From assembly GCA_963776345.1 (NCBI GenBank), contig CAVZMH010000022.1, positions 512,001 through 576,000 of the forward strand: a stretch of DNA of 64,000 nt, in the 5' to 3' direction. Each line of letters starts with the position of its first letter. The first letter of the stretch is position 1. A model generated the notes under the pieces. The model worked only from the letters and a program-made list of their open reading frames with translations, had not been told where the DNA came from and ran no database searches. This stretch comes from an uncultured delta proteobacterium. Its GTDB lineage: Bacteria > Myxococcota > Myxococcia > Myxococcales > Myxococcaceae. The position numbers and the translations under genes were made by a program. This document shows positions 38,858-48,135 of the stretch, in pieces.

Positions 38858-40311
38858 CTAATTCGGCGGGCGCACCGCCGCCAGGGGGCCGGGGGTCCCG
38901 GCTCGAGCCTCGGTCCGGGGGGCGCCGGGCCGCCTGCGCTGGAAGATGCGCTCGTCCGGCCGCCCTACCAGATAGGTGACGATGTCCCGGAGCTCCGAGT
39001 CGGTGAGCCGGTCCATGGGCATGGGCGGCATCTGCCGCGCGTCGTGCGGGGCGATCCACCGCACCCGGGCCACCAGGTAGTCGGGCTCGTAGAGGCCCAC
39101 CGAGAGCGGCGGGCGCATCGCCCCCTCCCCGTGGCACCGGCCGCAGAAGCGCTCGGTGAGCACCGCGCCGCGCGCCGCATCGCCGCCCGTGGGCCGGTCG
39201 ATGGCCGTCCTCCGCCCGAGCAGGAGCGGCCGGTAGTCGAGCGGGGGGGCGGAGTCGGGCGAGATGCGCCGGAGGTACGCCGCGAGGTCCGCGAGCTGGG
39301 TCGGGTCGGCGCCGGCCGGGCGGAGCATGAAGCGCCGCACGCAGAGGTCGGTCGCCTCCTCCGGCGTGCCGGCGAACCCGCGCCAGAAGCTCGATCGCCG
39401 CGCGCTGTCCCAGAGCGAGCTGTTGGGTGAGGCGTGGCCGAGCGGGTCGAGCGCGCCGGTCCGCTCGTCGCGCCAGCCGTGGCAGGAGGCGCAGGCCAGC
39501 CCGTTCTGTTCGCCGCCCACGGCCGGATCGCGGAAGAGCCGCTCGCCCCGCCCCTCGGGGCTGGTGAAGGCGAACTCCCAGCTCGGCGCCCGTGGCTGGG
39601 CCTTCGGCTTCTCCGGACGCCGGGCCACCAGGACCGAGAGCTCGAGCCGGGGGGCGGCACGGGCCGGGGAGGCCGAGGGCGCGGGAGCGGGTGGCGTGGA
39701 GAGCGCGACGGCGGGGGCGGCCGGCGCGGTGCCCCGGAAGGTGGCCTCGAAGCGGACGCGGGCCACCGAGCCGAGCTTGAGGAAGAGGCGGGCCGGGCGC
39801 GGGATGCCGTAGTCGGCGAAGGCGACGTCGAACGCGCCGGCGACGCGGAGGTCCCGGTGCCCGGCCTCGTCCGAGAGCTGCACGGTGATGGGGATGCGCA
39901 CCGGCTGCTCCTTGCCGTGGAGCGAGAGGGTGCCGACGGCGTCCGCCTGGCCCTCGCGGCCGGGGACCAGCACGCCCTGGCTCGGGCGCTCGATGCGGGC
40001 GATGGTGAGCACGCCCTCGGGAAACCGGTCGACCTGGAAGAACTGGTCGCGCAGGTCCTCGTCGCGGAGGCTGAGGCCGGTGGTGAAGCCGGCGAGGTCG
40101 ATGCGAATGCGGCCCGTGCCCTCGGCCCAGCTGGCCTCGTCGAAGCGGAGATCGCCCGACAGGCCCGCGGCGCTGCCGTCGATGGCGTCGAGCGGCGCCT
40201 CGACCCGGAAGCGAGCGCGACCGGTGCCCTTCTGGAGCGTCCAGGCGCGGGGCTCGGCCGCGGCGAGCGCCGGCAAGCAGGAGCGAGGAGCAGCGCCGTC
40301 TTCCAGGTCAT
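38858..40311 (-). CDS. Secreted YceI-domain + diheme c-type cytochrome fusion; frameshift in signal peptide near 40280
   Basis: YceI motifs TG..LRDEDLR..FF....FP, GTLSLHG, DYGI; heme motifs CASCH and CGRCH; ATGA overlap with kinase stop. Confidence 0.8.
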
Positions 40312-41690
40312 CGGACGTCCACCAGGACCCGCGTGCGGGTGAGCCGGTCGACCAGGGTGGGCTTGCGCACCAGCGCGCGAGACCGTGCCGAGCAGGACGA
40401 TGGCGGCCCACGCGGCTCCGGCGAACCCCAGCAGCCGTGGCGAGCGCACCCACCGAGGCGTAGAGCAACGAGCAGGCGAAGGGAGAGCGGCACAAACCAG
40501 CCCCACTGCAGCAGAGCGCGCGAACGCTGCGCGCGAGCGGCGGGACGTCCCCATCGGCGACCGTCCGGACCCGCAGGCGCATCAGCCACTTGCCTGGCGA
40601 GGCATCGAGGAAGGCGATGCCCAGCGCGAGCCAGAGCGCGAACCAGACCGGCGCGGCCCACGGCGCCTTCTCGAAGCGAGAAGCGGAGGATGGCGAGCGC
40701 GGGGAGGAGGTCCAGCACACCAGCGAGCAGACGCACCACCGGCGACGGGGGCGACCACGGGCTGAGGTGCTGCCCGACGCACGGCGCGCGCGAGCTCCAG
40801 GTGTGACTGGAAGCGCGCCGCCGGGTCGGGCTGGAGGCAGCGGTCGACGATGCAGGCCAGCGCCCGCGGCACGTCCGGCCCTCGCGCGGCGCACCGGGAC
40901 GATGCCGGCCTCGATCTCCCGCAGCGCCTCCTCGGCGGTGCGCGCCTTCACCGGCGGGTCGCCGACCAGCAGGTGGTAGACGGTGGCGCCGAGGCCGTAG
41001 ACGTCCGCGCGCTGGTCGAGCTGCTGTCCCCTGAGCTGCTCGGGCGGCATGTACGGCAGCGTGCCCATCACCGAGCCGGCGACGCTGAGGCCGGCGACGC
41101 TCGCCATCGGACTCCTCACCAGCGTGTCGTGGTCCGACGGGCGCGTGGGTGGCGGTGACCAGCCCGAAGTCGGCGACGTGGGCGATGCCGTAGCGATCGA
41201 GCAGCACGTTGGCCGGCTTGAGATCGCGGTGGACGATGCCCAGCCGCGCGGCCTCGACCAGCGCCTCGGCGAGCCCGACGAAGTGGGTGGCCACCTCGGT
41301 CCAGGGCAGCGGACCTTGCCGGTCCACCGCGTCCTGGAGCGAGCCGCCGTCGACCAGCTGCATGGCCATGAACCAGACGCCGCGCTCCTCGCCCACGAAG
41401 TAGACCTGCACCACGTGGGGGTGGACCAGGTTGGCCTGGCTCTGGGCCTCGCGCTGGAAGCGGGCGAGGAAGGACGGGTCGCGCGCCAGCTCGGGGCGGA
41501 GCGTCTTCAGCGCCACCGGCCGGTTCAGGGAGGTGTCGAAGCCGAGGTAGACCGCGCCCATGCCGCCGGAGGCGAGGCGCCGGTCCACGCGGAAATGGTG
41601 CAGGAAGGTGCCCGGGGTGAGCTCGGCGGGGACGAGGACATCGGTGAGCGGCACGGGCGAGCGTGCCGTCGGTGGCACGGTCTCGCTCAC
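40308..41690 (-). CDS. Hanks-type Ser/Thr protein kinase with C-terminal RDD membrane domain; several frameshifts (likely assembly indels)
   Basis: SGGMGAVY, VALK, HRDLKPANV, DFG, GTLPYMPPEQ, DVYGLG and RLLAGVLD..SPGKWLMRLRV..LVDRLTRTRV spread over three frames. Confidence 0.8.
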   Translation of the reverse strand: MSETVPPTARSPVPLTDVLVPAELTPGTFLHHFRVDRRLASGGMGAVYLGFDTSLNRPVALKTLRPELARDPSFLARFQREAQSQANLVHPHVVQVYFVGEERGVWFMAMQLVDGGSLQDAVDRQGPLPWTEVATHFVGLAEALVEAARLGIVHRDLKPANVLLDRYGIAHVADFGLVTATHAPVGPRHAGEESDGERRRPQRRRLGDGHAAVHAARAAQGTAARPARGRLRPRRHRLPPAGRRPAGEGAHRRGGAAGDRGRHRPGAPREGRTCRGRWPASSTAASSPTRRRASSHTWSSRAPCVGQHLSPWSPPSPVVRLLAGVLDLLPALAILRFSLREGAVGRAGLVRALARAGHRLPRCLARQVADAPAGPDGRRWGRPAARAQRSRALLQWGWFVPLSLRLLVALRLGGCARHGCWGSPEPRGPPSSCSARSRALVRKPTLVDRLTRTRVLVDVR

Positions 41691-42160
41691 CTGGCCTCCA
41701 GGTCCACGATGTCCCCCCGGGTGGAGGCGATGATGGCGAGGAGCTCCTTCGTCTCGCGCTCGGGGACGGCGTGGGTCTTCAGCGCGGAGACCAGGTCCTC
41801 GCCCATGGCGTCGAACTCGGCGGCGCGGACGTGCATCGGCGCGTGGAGCGACTTCATCGCCCGGCCGGCGTAGGTGCACGGGCCGCCCGAGGCCGCGCAG
41901 ACCTGATCGGTCAGGTGGGACTGGAGCACGTCCATGTCGACGAACATGAAGCGGAGGTTGATGCGCCTGTCCCGGCCGACGTTGCCGACGAAGGTGTGCA
42001 TCACTGCGTCGATGCCGGGACGGCGGCCCAGGCGCTCGTAGAGGCTCGGGCCAGTGGCGACGGAGCTCGCGGCCGCCGATGCGGGGACGGCGGGCCGGGT
42101 CGCCTCGGATCCCGAGGCGCACGCGACGAGCAGGACGAGGAGCGGCGACCAGCGGTGCAT
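41687..42160 (-). CDS. glbN: Group 1 truncated hemoglobin, lipoprotein
   Basis: Lipobox LLVAC; SLYERLG, D.RIN..F, GGPC.Y.GR.M...H, EF. Confidence 0.88.
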   Translation of the reverse strand: MHRWSPLLVLLVACASGSEATRPAVPASAAASSVATGPSLYERLGRRPGIDAVMHTFVGNVGRDRRINLRFMFVDMDVLQSHLTDQVCAASGGPCTYAGRAMKSLHAPMHVRAAEFDAMGEDLVSALKTHAVPERETKELLAIIASTRGDIVDLEAR

Positions 42161-42370
42161 GAGGGGTCGGGAGAGCGCAGCCTAGCATGCGGCCTCTTCC
42201 GATCGGGCGGCCGGGAGGCCGGCAAGGCGTCGCTCCGCCGCGCGGGCTCCCGTGCCGCGACAACCCGCGCCGTCGGTGAGACCAGCCTCGAGCTTGGCGC
42301 GGGCATCCGTCGCTGGAGCGTCGACTCGCTGCCGACCTCGGGCGAGCCGTCGGAGCACCGGACCCCGACC

Positions 42371-43069
42371 TCAGGCGAGGTCGAAGAGCAGAACTTCGGA
42401 CGCGTCATCCGCGGTCAGCGTGACCGACCGCTCGTCCGAGATGGCCGCGCCGTCGCCGGCCGAGAGCACCGTGTCTCCGATCCGGACCTGTCCGCGGGCC
42501 ACCTGCACCCAGGCGTGCCGGCCGGGAGCGAGCGCCTGCGTCACCGACTGGCCGTTGCCGAGCAGCGTCGTGTAGACGCGGGCGTCCTGGTGGATCTCGA
42601 GGCTGCCATCGGCCGCGTCCGGCGAGGCGACGAGGCGGAGCCGCCCCTGCCGCTGCTCGGGCGGAAAGTGCTTCTGCTCGTAGCCCGGCACGATGCCGCG
42701 ACGCTCGGGCAGGAGCCAGATCTGGAGGAAGTGCACCGGCTCGGAGCGCGAGGCGTTGAACTCGCTGTGCATCACGCCGGTCCCGGCGCTCATCCGCTGC
42801 ACGTCGCCGGGGCGGATGACGCCGCCGCCGCCGGTGGAGTCCTCGTGGGCCAGCCCGCCCTCGAGCACGTAGGAGAGGATCTCCATGTCCCGGTGCCCGT
42901 GCCTGCCGAAGCCCTGGGCGGGCGCGACGCGGTCCTCGTTGATGACCCGCAGCGTGCGAAACCCCATGTGGTCCGGGTCGTGGTAGTCGGCGAAGGAGAA
43001 GGTGTGGTGGGTGTCGAGCCAGCCGTGGTCGGCGTGGCCCCGCTCGTTGCTCTTGCGAACCTGGATCAT
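42371..43069 (-). CDS. Pirin-family protein (YhhW type)
   Basis: RGHADHGWL...HTFSFADY, HGHRDMEI, MSAGTGVMHSE, LQIW. Confidence 0.92.
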   Translation of the reverse strand: MIQVRKSNERGHADHGWLDTHHTFSFADYHDPDHMGFRTLRVINEDRVAPAQGFGRHGHRDMEILSYVLEGGLAHEDSTGGGGVIRPGDVQRMSAGTGVMHSEFNASRSEPVHFLQIWLLPERRGIVPGYEQKHFPPEQRQGRLRLVASPDAADGSLEIHQDARVYTTLLGNGQSVTQALAPGRHAWVQVARGQVRIGDTVLSAGDGAAISDERSVTLTADDASEVLLFDLA

Positions 43070-43176
43070 GGCAAGGAGAGACTTAACGCAGGACCGGGAG
43101 ATGGCCCGTCGCTCGCCCGGCAACGGTGCGTCCCCCGGCGAGCAACCGGCCCGGCTCCGGTTATGGTGGGCCGCCC

Positions 43177-43959
43177 GTGCTCCGCACCCTCGCCGCCACG
43201 CGCTACGTCACGCCGCTCCGTGAGGGCGGCAGCCTGCCGGCGATCGTCGAGGCGGAGGACGACGGGCTGTACGTGGTGAAGTTCCGCGGCGCAGGGCAGG
43301 GGCCGCGGGCGCTGGTGGCCGAGCTGCTCGCCGGGGAGATCGGCCGGGCGCTCGGGCTCCCGGTGCCGACGCTGGCGCTGGTGACGCTCGACCCGGACAT
43401 CGGACGCACCGAGCCCGACGGGGAGATCCGCGACCTCCTCAAGGCCAGCGTGGGCCTGAACCTCGGCGTGGACTACCTGCCGGGCTCGCTCGGGTACGAT
43501 CCGGCCGCGTCCACCCCGCCGCCCGCGGAGCTCGCCGCGGACATCGTCTGGTTCGACGCCCTGGTGCTCAACGTGGACCGGACCCCGCGCAACCCCAACC
43601 TGCTCGAGTGGCACCGGAAGCTCTACTGCATCGACCACGGCGCGAGCCTCTACGTGCACCACGACTGGGCGGAGGCGCCGGCCCGGGCCAGCTCTCCATT
43701 TCCCCAGGTGCGCGACCACGTGCTGTTGCCCGTCGCGGGAGACGTCAGGGCCGCCGGCGAGCGGCTCCGCCCGAAGCTGTCCGAGGGATTGTTCCGCAAG
43801 CTCGCCGGCGCCGTGCCCGACGCCTGGCTGCCGGACGACGCCCGGGTGGGCGGCGCGGCGGCCCAGCGACAGGCGTACGTCGAGTGGCTGTCGAGGAGGC
43901 TCGCCAGCGCCGCGGTGTTCGAGGAGGAGGCCGATCGTGTCCGTGCCCTGCGCGTTTGA
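43177..43959 (+). CDS. HipA-like kinase
   Basis: RYVTPLREGGSLP, YVVKFRGAGQG, N.DRT..NPN, IDHG. Confidence 0.85.
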   Translation: MLRTLAATRYVTPLREGGSLPAIVEAEDDGLYVVKFRGAGQGPRALVAELLAGEIGRALGLPVPTLALVTLDPDIGRTEPDGEIRDLLKASVGLNLGVDYLPGSLGYDPAASTPPPAELAADIVWFDALVLNVDRTPRNPNLLEWHRKLYCIDHGASLYVHHDWAEAPARASSPFPQVRDHVLLPVAGDVRAAGERLRPKLSEGLFRKLAGAVPDAWLPDDARVGGAAAQRQAYVEWLSRRLASAAVFEEEADRVRALRV

Positions 43960-44329
43960 CTACGCGGTGGTCCGGGTGGTCCCCCGGGTCGAGCGCGGCG
44001 AGTTCCTGAACGCCGGGGTCATCGTCTGGTGTCTCGCCCAGGACTACCTCGCCGCCCGGGTGGCGCTGGACGTGGTGCGGCTCCGCGCGCTCGACCCGCA
44101 CGCCGACGTCGACGCCATCTCGGCTCACCTCGGCGCGGTGCAGCGGATCTGCGCCGGCGATCCGGATGCGGGACCCGTGGCGCGGCTCCCGGCGAAGGAG
44201 CGCTTCCACTGGCTGGTGGCGCCGAGGAGCACCGTCATCCAGACGTCGCCCGTCCACGCAGGGAGGGCCGAGGTACCGCAGGAGGCGCTGACCCGGCTCT
44301 TCAAGACGCTGGTGGAGGCCGGCACGTGA
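43937..44329 (+). CDS. DUF3037 domain protein
   Basis: FDYAVVRVVPRVERGEFLNAGV, ERFHWLVAPRSTVIQTSPVH. Confidence 0.88.
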   Translation: MSVPCAFDYAVVRVVPRVERGEFLNAGVIVWCLAQDYLAARVALDVVRLRALDPHADVDAISAHLGAVQRICAGDPDAGPVARLPAKERFHWLVAPRSTVIQTSPVHAGRAEVPQEALTRLFKTLVEAGT

Positions 44330-44967
44330 GCCGTCACCCGCCCGTGCCCCGGCGGGTGTTCCTCCTGTCCCCGGCACGCTGCGATGGGGTGCGGATGTCG
44401 ATGCTCCGGCGTCCGGCGGCCCGATTCCCGCTGGCGATGGAGCTGCGGTCCGAGGCCGGGGCGGCGCTCGGCGAGGTGTTCGCCTTCGCCAGCGGCCTCT
44501 ATTTCCGCGGGAAGCTCGCCTACGCGCGGACCTTCGGAGCGTCGTGGGTCATCACCCCTGGCGCGGGTCTGGTCGAGCCCGAGCGGCGCATCACCCCGGC
44601 GGACCTCGACCTCTGGGAGCGGGTGCGCGTCGACCTCGAGGATGCGCGGTACCGCCATCCGCTCGAGCGCGATGCCCGGGGGCTGGCGGCGCGGCTCCCG
44701 GAGGCGGAGGTGGTGCTGCTCGGGAGCATTGCCAGCGACAAGTACGTGGACCTGTTGCTCGAGGTCTTCGACGACCGGCTGCTCTTCCCGGTGGACTTCG
44801 TCGGGCGCGGGGACATGAGCCGGGGAGGGCTTCTGCTCCGCTCGGCGCGGAGTGGGACCGAGTTGCCGTACCGGCCGGTGCGCGGAGCCGTCCGCCACGG
44901 ACCTCGACCGCCTCGCTTGCCCCGGCTCCCGCGCGCCGGCACGAGCGCCGCTGGCCGAGACGAGTGA
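44326..44967 (+). CDS. Conserved hypothetical protein (possible YaaA/DUF6884-like fold)
   Basis: FLLSPA, SGLYFRGKLAYA, LLGSIA..KY, GRGDMSRGGLLL; GTGA overlap. Confidence 0.7.
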   Translation: MSRHPPVPRRVFLLSPARCDGVRMSMLRRPAARFPLAMELRSEAGAALGEVFAFASGLYFRGKLAYARTFGASWVITPGAGLVEPERRITPADLDLWERVRVDLEDARYRHPLERDARGLAARLPEAEVVLLGSIASDKYVDLLLEVFDDRLLFPVDFVGRGDMSRGGLLLRSARSGTELPYRPVRGAVRHGPRPPRLPRLPRAGTSAAGRDE

Positions 44968-44993
44968 GCCCGTCGACCGCTCGTCCGCCGAGC

Positions 44994-46169
44994 TCAGGCT
45001 GCGAGCAGCGCGCGGACCAGGCCGACCACGCCGCCGGCGAGCACGACGTACGCCACGTTCACCCGCTTTCCGCCGGCGACCAGCACGGCGAATGCCACGA
45101 GGCCGAGCACCAGCGTCACCCAGTCGATCCGGCCCGCGTGCATCACCGTCGCCTGGGCGAGCGCCAGGGACACCGCCGCCATCAGGGCGAGCACGCCCGC
45201 GGTGACGCCCTGGAGGAACGGCTGCACCCCGGGCCAGGCGGTGATCCGCTCGAGGTGCGGCGCTCCGGCGAGCACCAGCACGAACGAGGGAAGGAAGAGC
45301 CAGAACCCCGCGGACATCGCCGAGGCGAGGCCGACGCCCACCGGGTGCCCGGCGAGGTAGCCGATGAAGACGCCGATGCTGATCAACGGCCCGGGCGTGG
45401 TCTCGCCCAGCGCCAGCGCATCCACCATCTGCGCGTCGGTGAGCCAGCCCGACTGGAGCACCGCGCCCTCGCGCAGCAGCGGGAGCACTGCGTACGCGCC
45501 GCCGAATGAGACCAGGCCCACCTTGAGGAAGAAGAGCGAGACGTCGCGGAGGCGTTCCAGCGCCGGCATCGCGGCCTCCGCCCGGCCCGGGGCGAGGAGC
45601 GCCAGCACCGCGCTCCCCACCACCGTCCCGTGCAGGCGCGAGCGGAGGATGGAGAGGGCGCCGCAGCCGAGCAGCAGGGGCACGAAGCCCACGTGGAGGA
45701 AGACCGAGGCCCCGAAGGCGAGCACGGCCAGCACCTTCTGGAACGGCGTCCGCAGCGCCGCCTTGCTCAGCCGGAGCATCGCCGAGGCGAGCAGGGCAAG
45801 CGCCACCGGGCGAAATCCCGACAGCACCCCGAGCAGCTCGGGGCTCGAGCCGTAGCGGACGTAGATCGTCCCCAGCGTGGCCAGGGTGATGAACCCCGGG
45901 GCGATGAACAGCACCCCGGCGAGGACGCCGCCGAGGACGCCGAGGACCCGCCAGCCGATGAGGATCGCCATCTGCGACGCCTCGGGGCCCGGCAGCACGT
46001 GCACGAAGTTCAGCGCCCGGACGAACTCGGCGTCGTCCAGCCAGCGTCGACGCTCGACGCACTCGTCGTGCATCAGCCCGAGCTGGGCCACCGGCCCGCC
46101 GAAGGCGAGCCAGCCGATCCGGAAGAAGACGCGGACCAGCTCGGAGAGGGAGACGGGCGGGGCGGGCAT
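44994..46169 (-). CDS. chrA: Chromate efflux transporter
   Basis: Duplicated halves FGGP..LPGPEA and FGGAY..TPGP. Confidence 0.9.
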   Translation of the reverse strand: MPAPPVSLSELVRVFFRIGWLAFGGPVAQLGLMHDECVERRRWLDDAEFVRALNFVHVLPGPEASQMAILIGWRVLGVLGGVLAGVLFIAPGFITLATLGTIYVRYGSSPELLGVLSGFRPVALALLASAMLRLSKAALRTPFQKVLAVLAFGASVFLHVGFVPLLLGCGALSILRSRLHGTVVGSAVLALLAPGRAEAAMPALERLRDVSLFFLKVGLVSFGGAYAVLPLLREGAVLQSGWLTDAQMVDALALGETTPGPLISIGVFIGYLAGHPVGVGLASAMSAGFWLFLPSFVLVLAGAPHLERITAWPGVQPFLQGVTAGVLALMAAVSLALAQATVMHAGRIDWVTLVLGLVAFAVLVAGGKRVNVAYVVLAGGVVGLVRALLAA

Positions 46170-46230
46170 GCCGGGGCCCGAACCATCGCCCGCAATGGCG
46201 CGGGCGCGCCAATTCCCTGCGAGTTGCAGC

Positions 46231-46935
46231 TCAGGTCGGCGCCGACCAGTCGCCGCCCGTCGGCCGGAGCACCAGCTCGTGCGTCCAGGCGTCGGGCCCC
46301 TGCGCGTGCAGGAAGGCACAGGCCTCGGCGATCGCCTCCGGCGAGATGAGCCGCTCGGCGCCGAACCCGGCGGCCCGCGTCCGCTCCGAGGCGATGGGCC
46401 CGTCGATGGGGAGGTAGGCGACGTGAACGCCGCGCGCGCGCCACTCGCGGGCGGCGACCTGGACCAGCGCCCGCAGCGCGTGCTGCGCGGCTCCGAGCGC
46501 AGCGAAGCCCTCCTTGCTGCGCACGCCGGAGGAGGTGCCGATCTGGAGGAAGCTGCCGCGGCCGCGGGCGAGCATCGCCGGTCCCACCGCCCTCAAGAGA
46601 TTCCAGGTGCCCTGCGGGTACGCGGCGAGCGACTGCGCCAGCTCGGCCTCGGGGATCTCCAGCAGCGGGAGCGCGCCGAACCGGCCGCCCACCGTCTGCG
46701 CGACGATCACCAGATCCGGCGGATCCTCGCCGAAGCGGGCCAGCGACTCGGGTCTCCGGAGATCGCAGACCGCCGCGACCCCCTGGCCTCCGGCGGCCGT
46801 CACGTCCCGGGCGAGCGCCTCGACGTCGGCGGCCGTGCGCGAGGCGCACAGCACGCGCCACCCCTTGGGTGCGAAATGGAGAGCCACCGTGCGTCCGAGC
46901 TTCCGGACGCCGACGATCAACAGCGTCTCGCTCAT
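46231..46935 (-). CDS. SDR-family oxidoreductase (atypical)
   Basis: Rossmann N-terminus, RGVHVA...IDG, AWTHEL.LRP. Confidence 0.8.
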   Translation of the reverse strand: MSETLLIVGVRKLGRTVALHFAPKGWRVLCASRTAADVEALARDVTAAGGQGVAAVCDLRRPESLARFGEDPPDLVIVAQTVGGRFGALPLLEIPEAELAQSLAAYPQGTWNLLRAVGPAMLARGRGSFLQIGTSSGVRSKEGFAALGAAQHALRALVQVAAREWRARGVHVAYLPIDGPIASERTRAAGFGAERLISPEAIAEACAFLHAQGPDAWTHELVLRPTGGDWSAPT

Positions 46936-46955
46936 CGAGGAGTCCGCCCCCCGGG

Positions 46956-47198
46956 TCAGCGGAGCGAGTCGCGCAGGGTCTTCAGGCGACTCAGCGCCTC
47001 GTCCATCAGCTTCTTCGAGGACTCCGTCGCCTGCTCGGCAGCGCGTTCGACCTTGGAGAGCTCGGGCTCGAGCTTCGCCCACTGGTCCTTCGCGTCCATC
47101 CCTGCGAGGTGGAGCTTGACCTTGATCTCGTCACGCAAGGTCCTCAGCAGATCCACGCCCTTCTTCATCTCGTTCTTCAGATCGAGCTCGTTGGCCAT
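46956..47198 (-). CDS. Small helical protein (80 aa)
   Basis: AGAGG RBS; LRTLRDEIKVKLHLAGMDAKDQW; Lys/Glu-rich coding-like composition. Confidence 0.75.
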   Translation of the reverse strand: MANELDLKNEMKKGVDLLRTLRDEIKVKLHLAGMDAKDQWAKLEPELSKVERAAEQATESSKKLMDEALSRLKTLRDSLR

Positions 47199-47245
47199 GT
47201 TCGAGCCTCCTCTTCTGAGTCATAACCTCGGCCGAGAGGAAGTCC

Positions 47246-48133
47246 ATGACCTTCGAGAAACTCCCGGGGATCCTGTTGGTCATCGACCCGCGCCCGCGTG
47301 ACCTCGGCGGCTTCTCGGTGCGGAGGCTCCTTCCGGCGGCCGGGAGCCGCATGGTCGGGCCGTTCATCTTCCTCGACCACATGGGCCCGGCGGTCATGGA
47401 GCGCGGCTCGGGACTGGACGTGCGTCCGCACCCGCACATCGCGCTGGCGACGGTGACCTACCTGTTCGAGGGGGAGATCATCCACCGCGACAGCCTGGGC
47501 ACCGAGCGCCCCATCCAAACCGGGGACGTGAACTGGATGCTCGCCGGACGCGGCATCGCGCACTCGGAGCGGAGCAGCCCCGAGCAGCGGGCGCGTGGCG
47601 TGCGGCTCCACGGCATCCAGAGCTGGGTGGCGCTCCCCACCGCGCACGAGGAGGACGCGCCGGCGTTCGCGCATCATCCGGCGAGCACGCTTCCGGGGCT
47701 CGAGCGCGACGGCGCGCGGCTGACCGTCATCGCCGGAACGGCGTACGGCGTCGAGTCGCCGGTCGGCGTGCTGTCGCCCACGCTGTACGTCGACGCGCGG
47801 CTCGAGCCCGGCGCACCGCTCAAGGTCGACGCGACGCACCCCCAGCGGGCGGTGCACGTGGTGGAGGGCCGGGTGCAGATCGGCACCCGTCGGCTCGGTC
47901 CGGGGGTGATGGCGATTCTCCGGCCCGATGCAGACGTGGTCGTCGCGGCGGACGGACCCGCCCGGGTCATGCTGCTCGGCGGGGCTCCGCTCGAGGGAGA
48001 ACGGCACATCTGGTGGAACTTCGTCTCCAGCTCGAAGGAACGCATCGAGCGGGCGAAGGACGACTGGAGGAACGGCCGGTTCGCCAAGGTGAGAGGGGAC
48101 GAGAATGAGCTCATCCCCCTGCCCGAGCGCTGA
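47246..48133 (+). CDS. Pirin-family protein
   Basis: VGPFIFLDHMG, HPHIAL.TVTYLF.G...HRDS, HSE, WWNFVSS. Confidence 0.92.
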   Translation: MTFEKLPGILLVIDPRPRDLGGFSVRRLLPAAGSRMVGPFIFLDHMGPAVMERGSGLDVRPHPHIALATVTYLFEGEIIHRDSLGTERPIQTGDVNWMLAGRGIAHSERSSPEQRARGVRLHGIQSWVALPTAHEEDAPAFAHHPASTLPGLERDGARLTVIAGTAYGVESPVGVLSPTLYVDARLEPGAPLKVDATHPQRAVHVVEGRVQIGTRRLGPGVMAILRPDADVVVAADGPARVMLLGGAPLEGERHIWWNFVSSSKERIERAKDDWRNGRFAKVRGDENELIPLPER

Positions 48134-48135
48134 TC

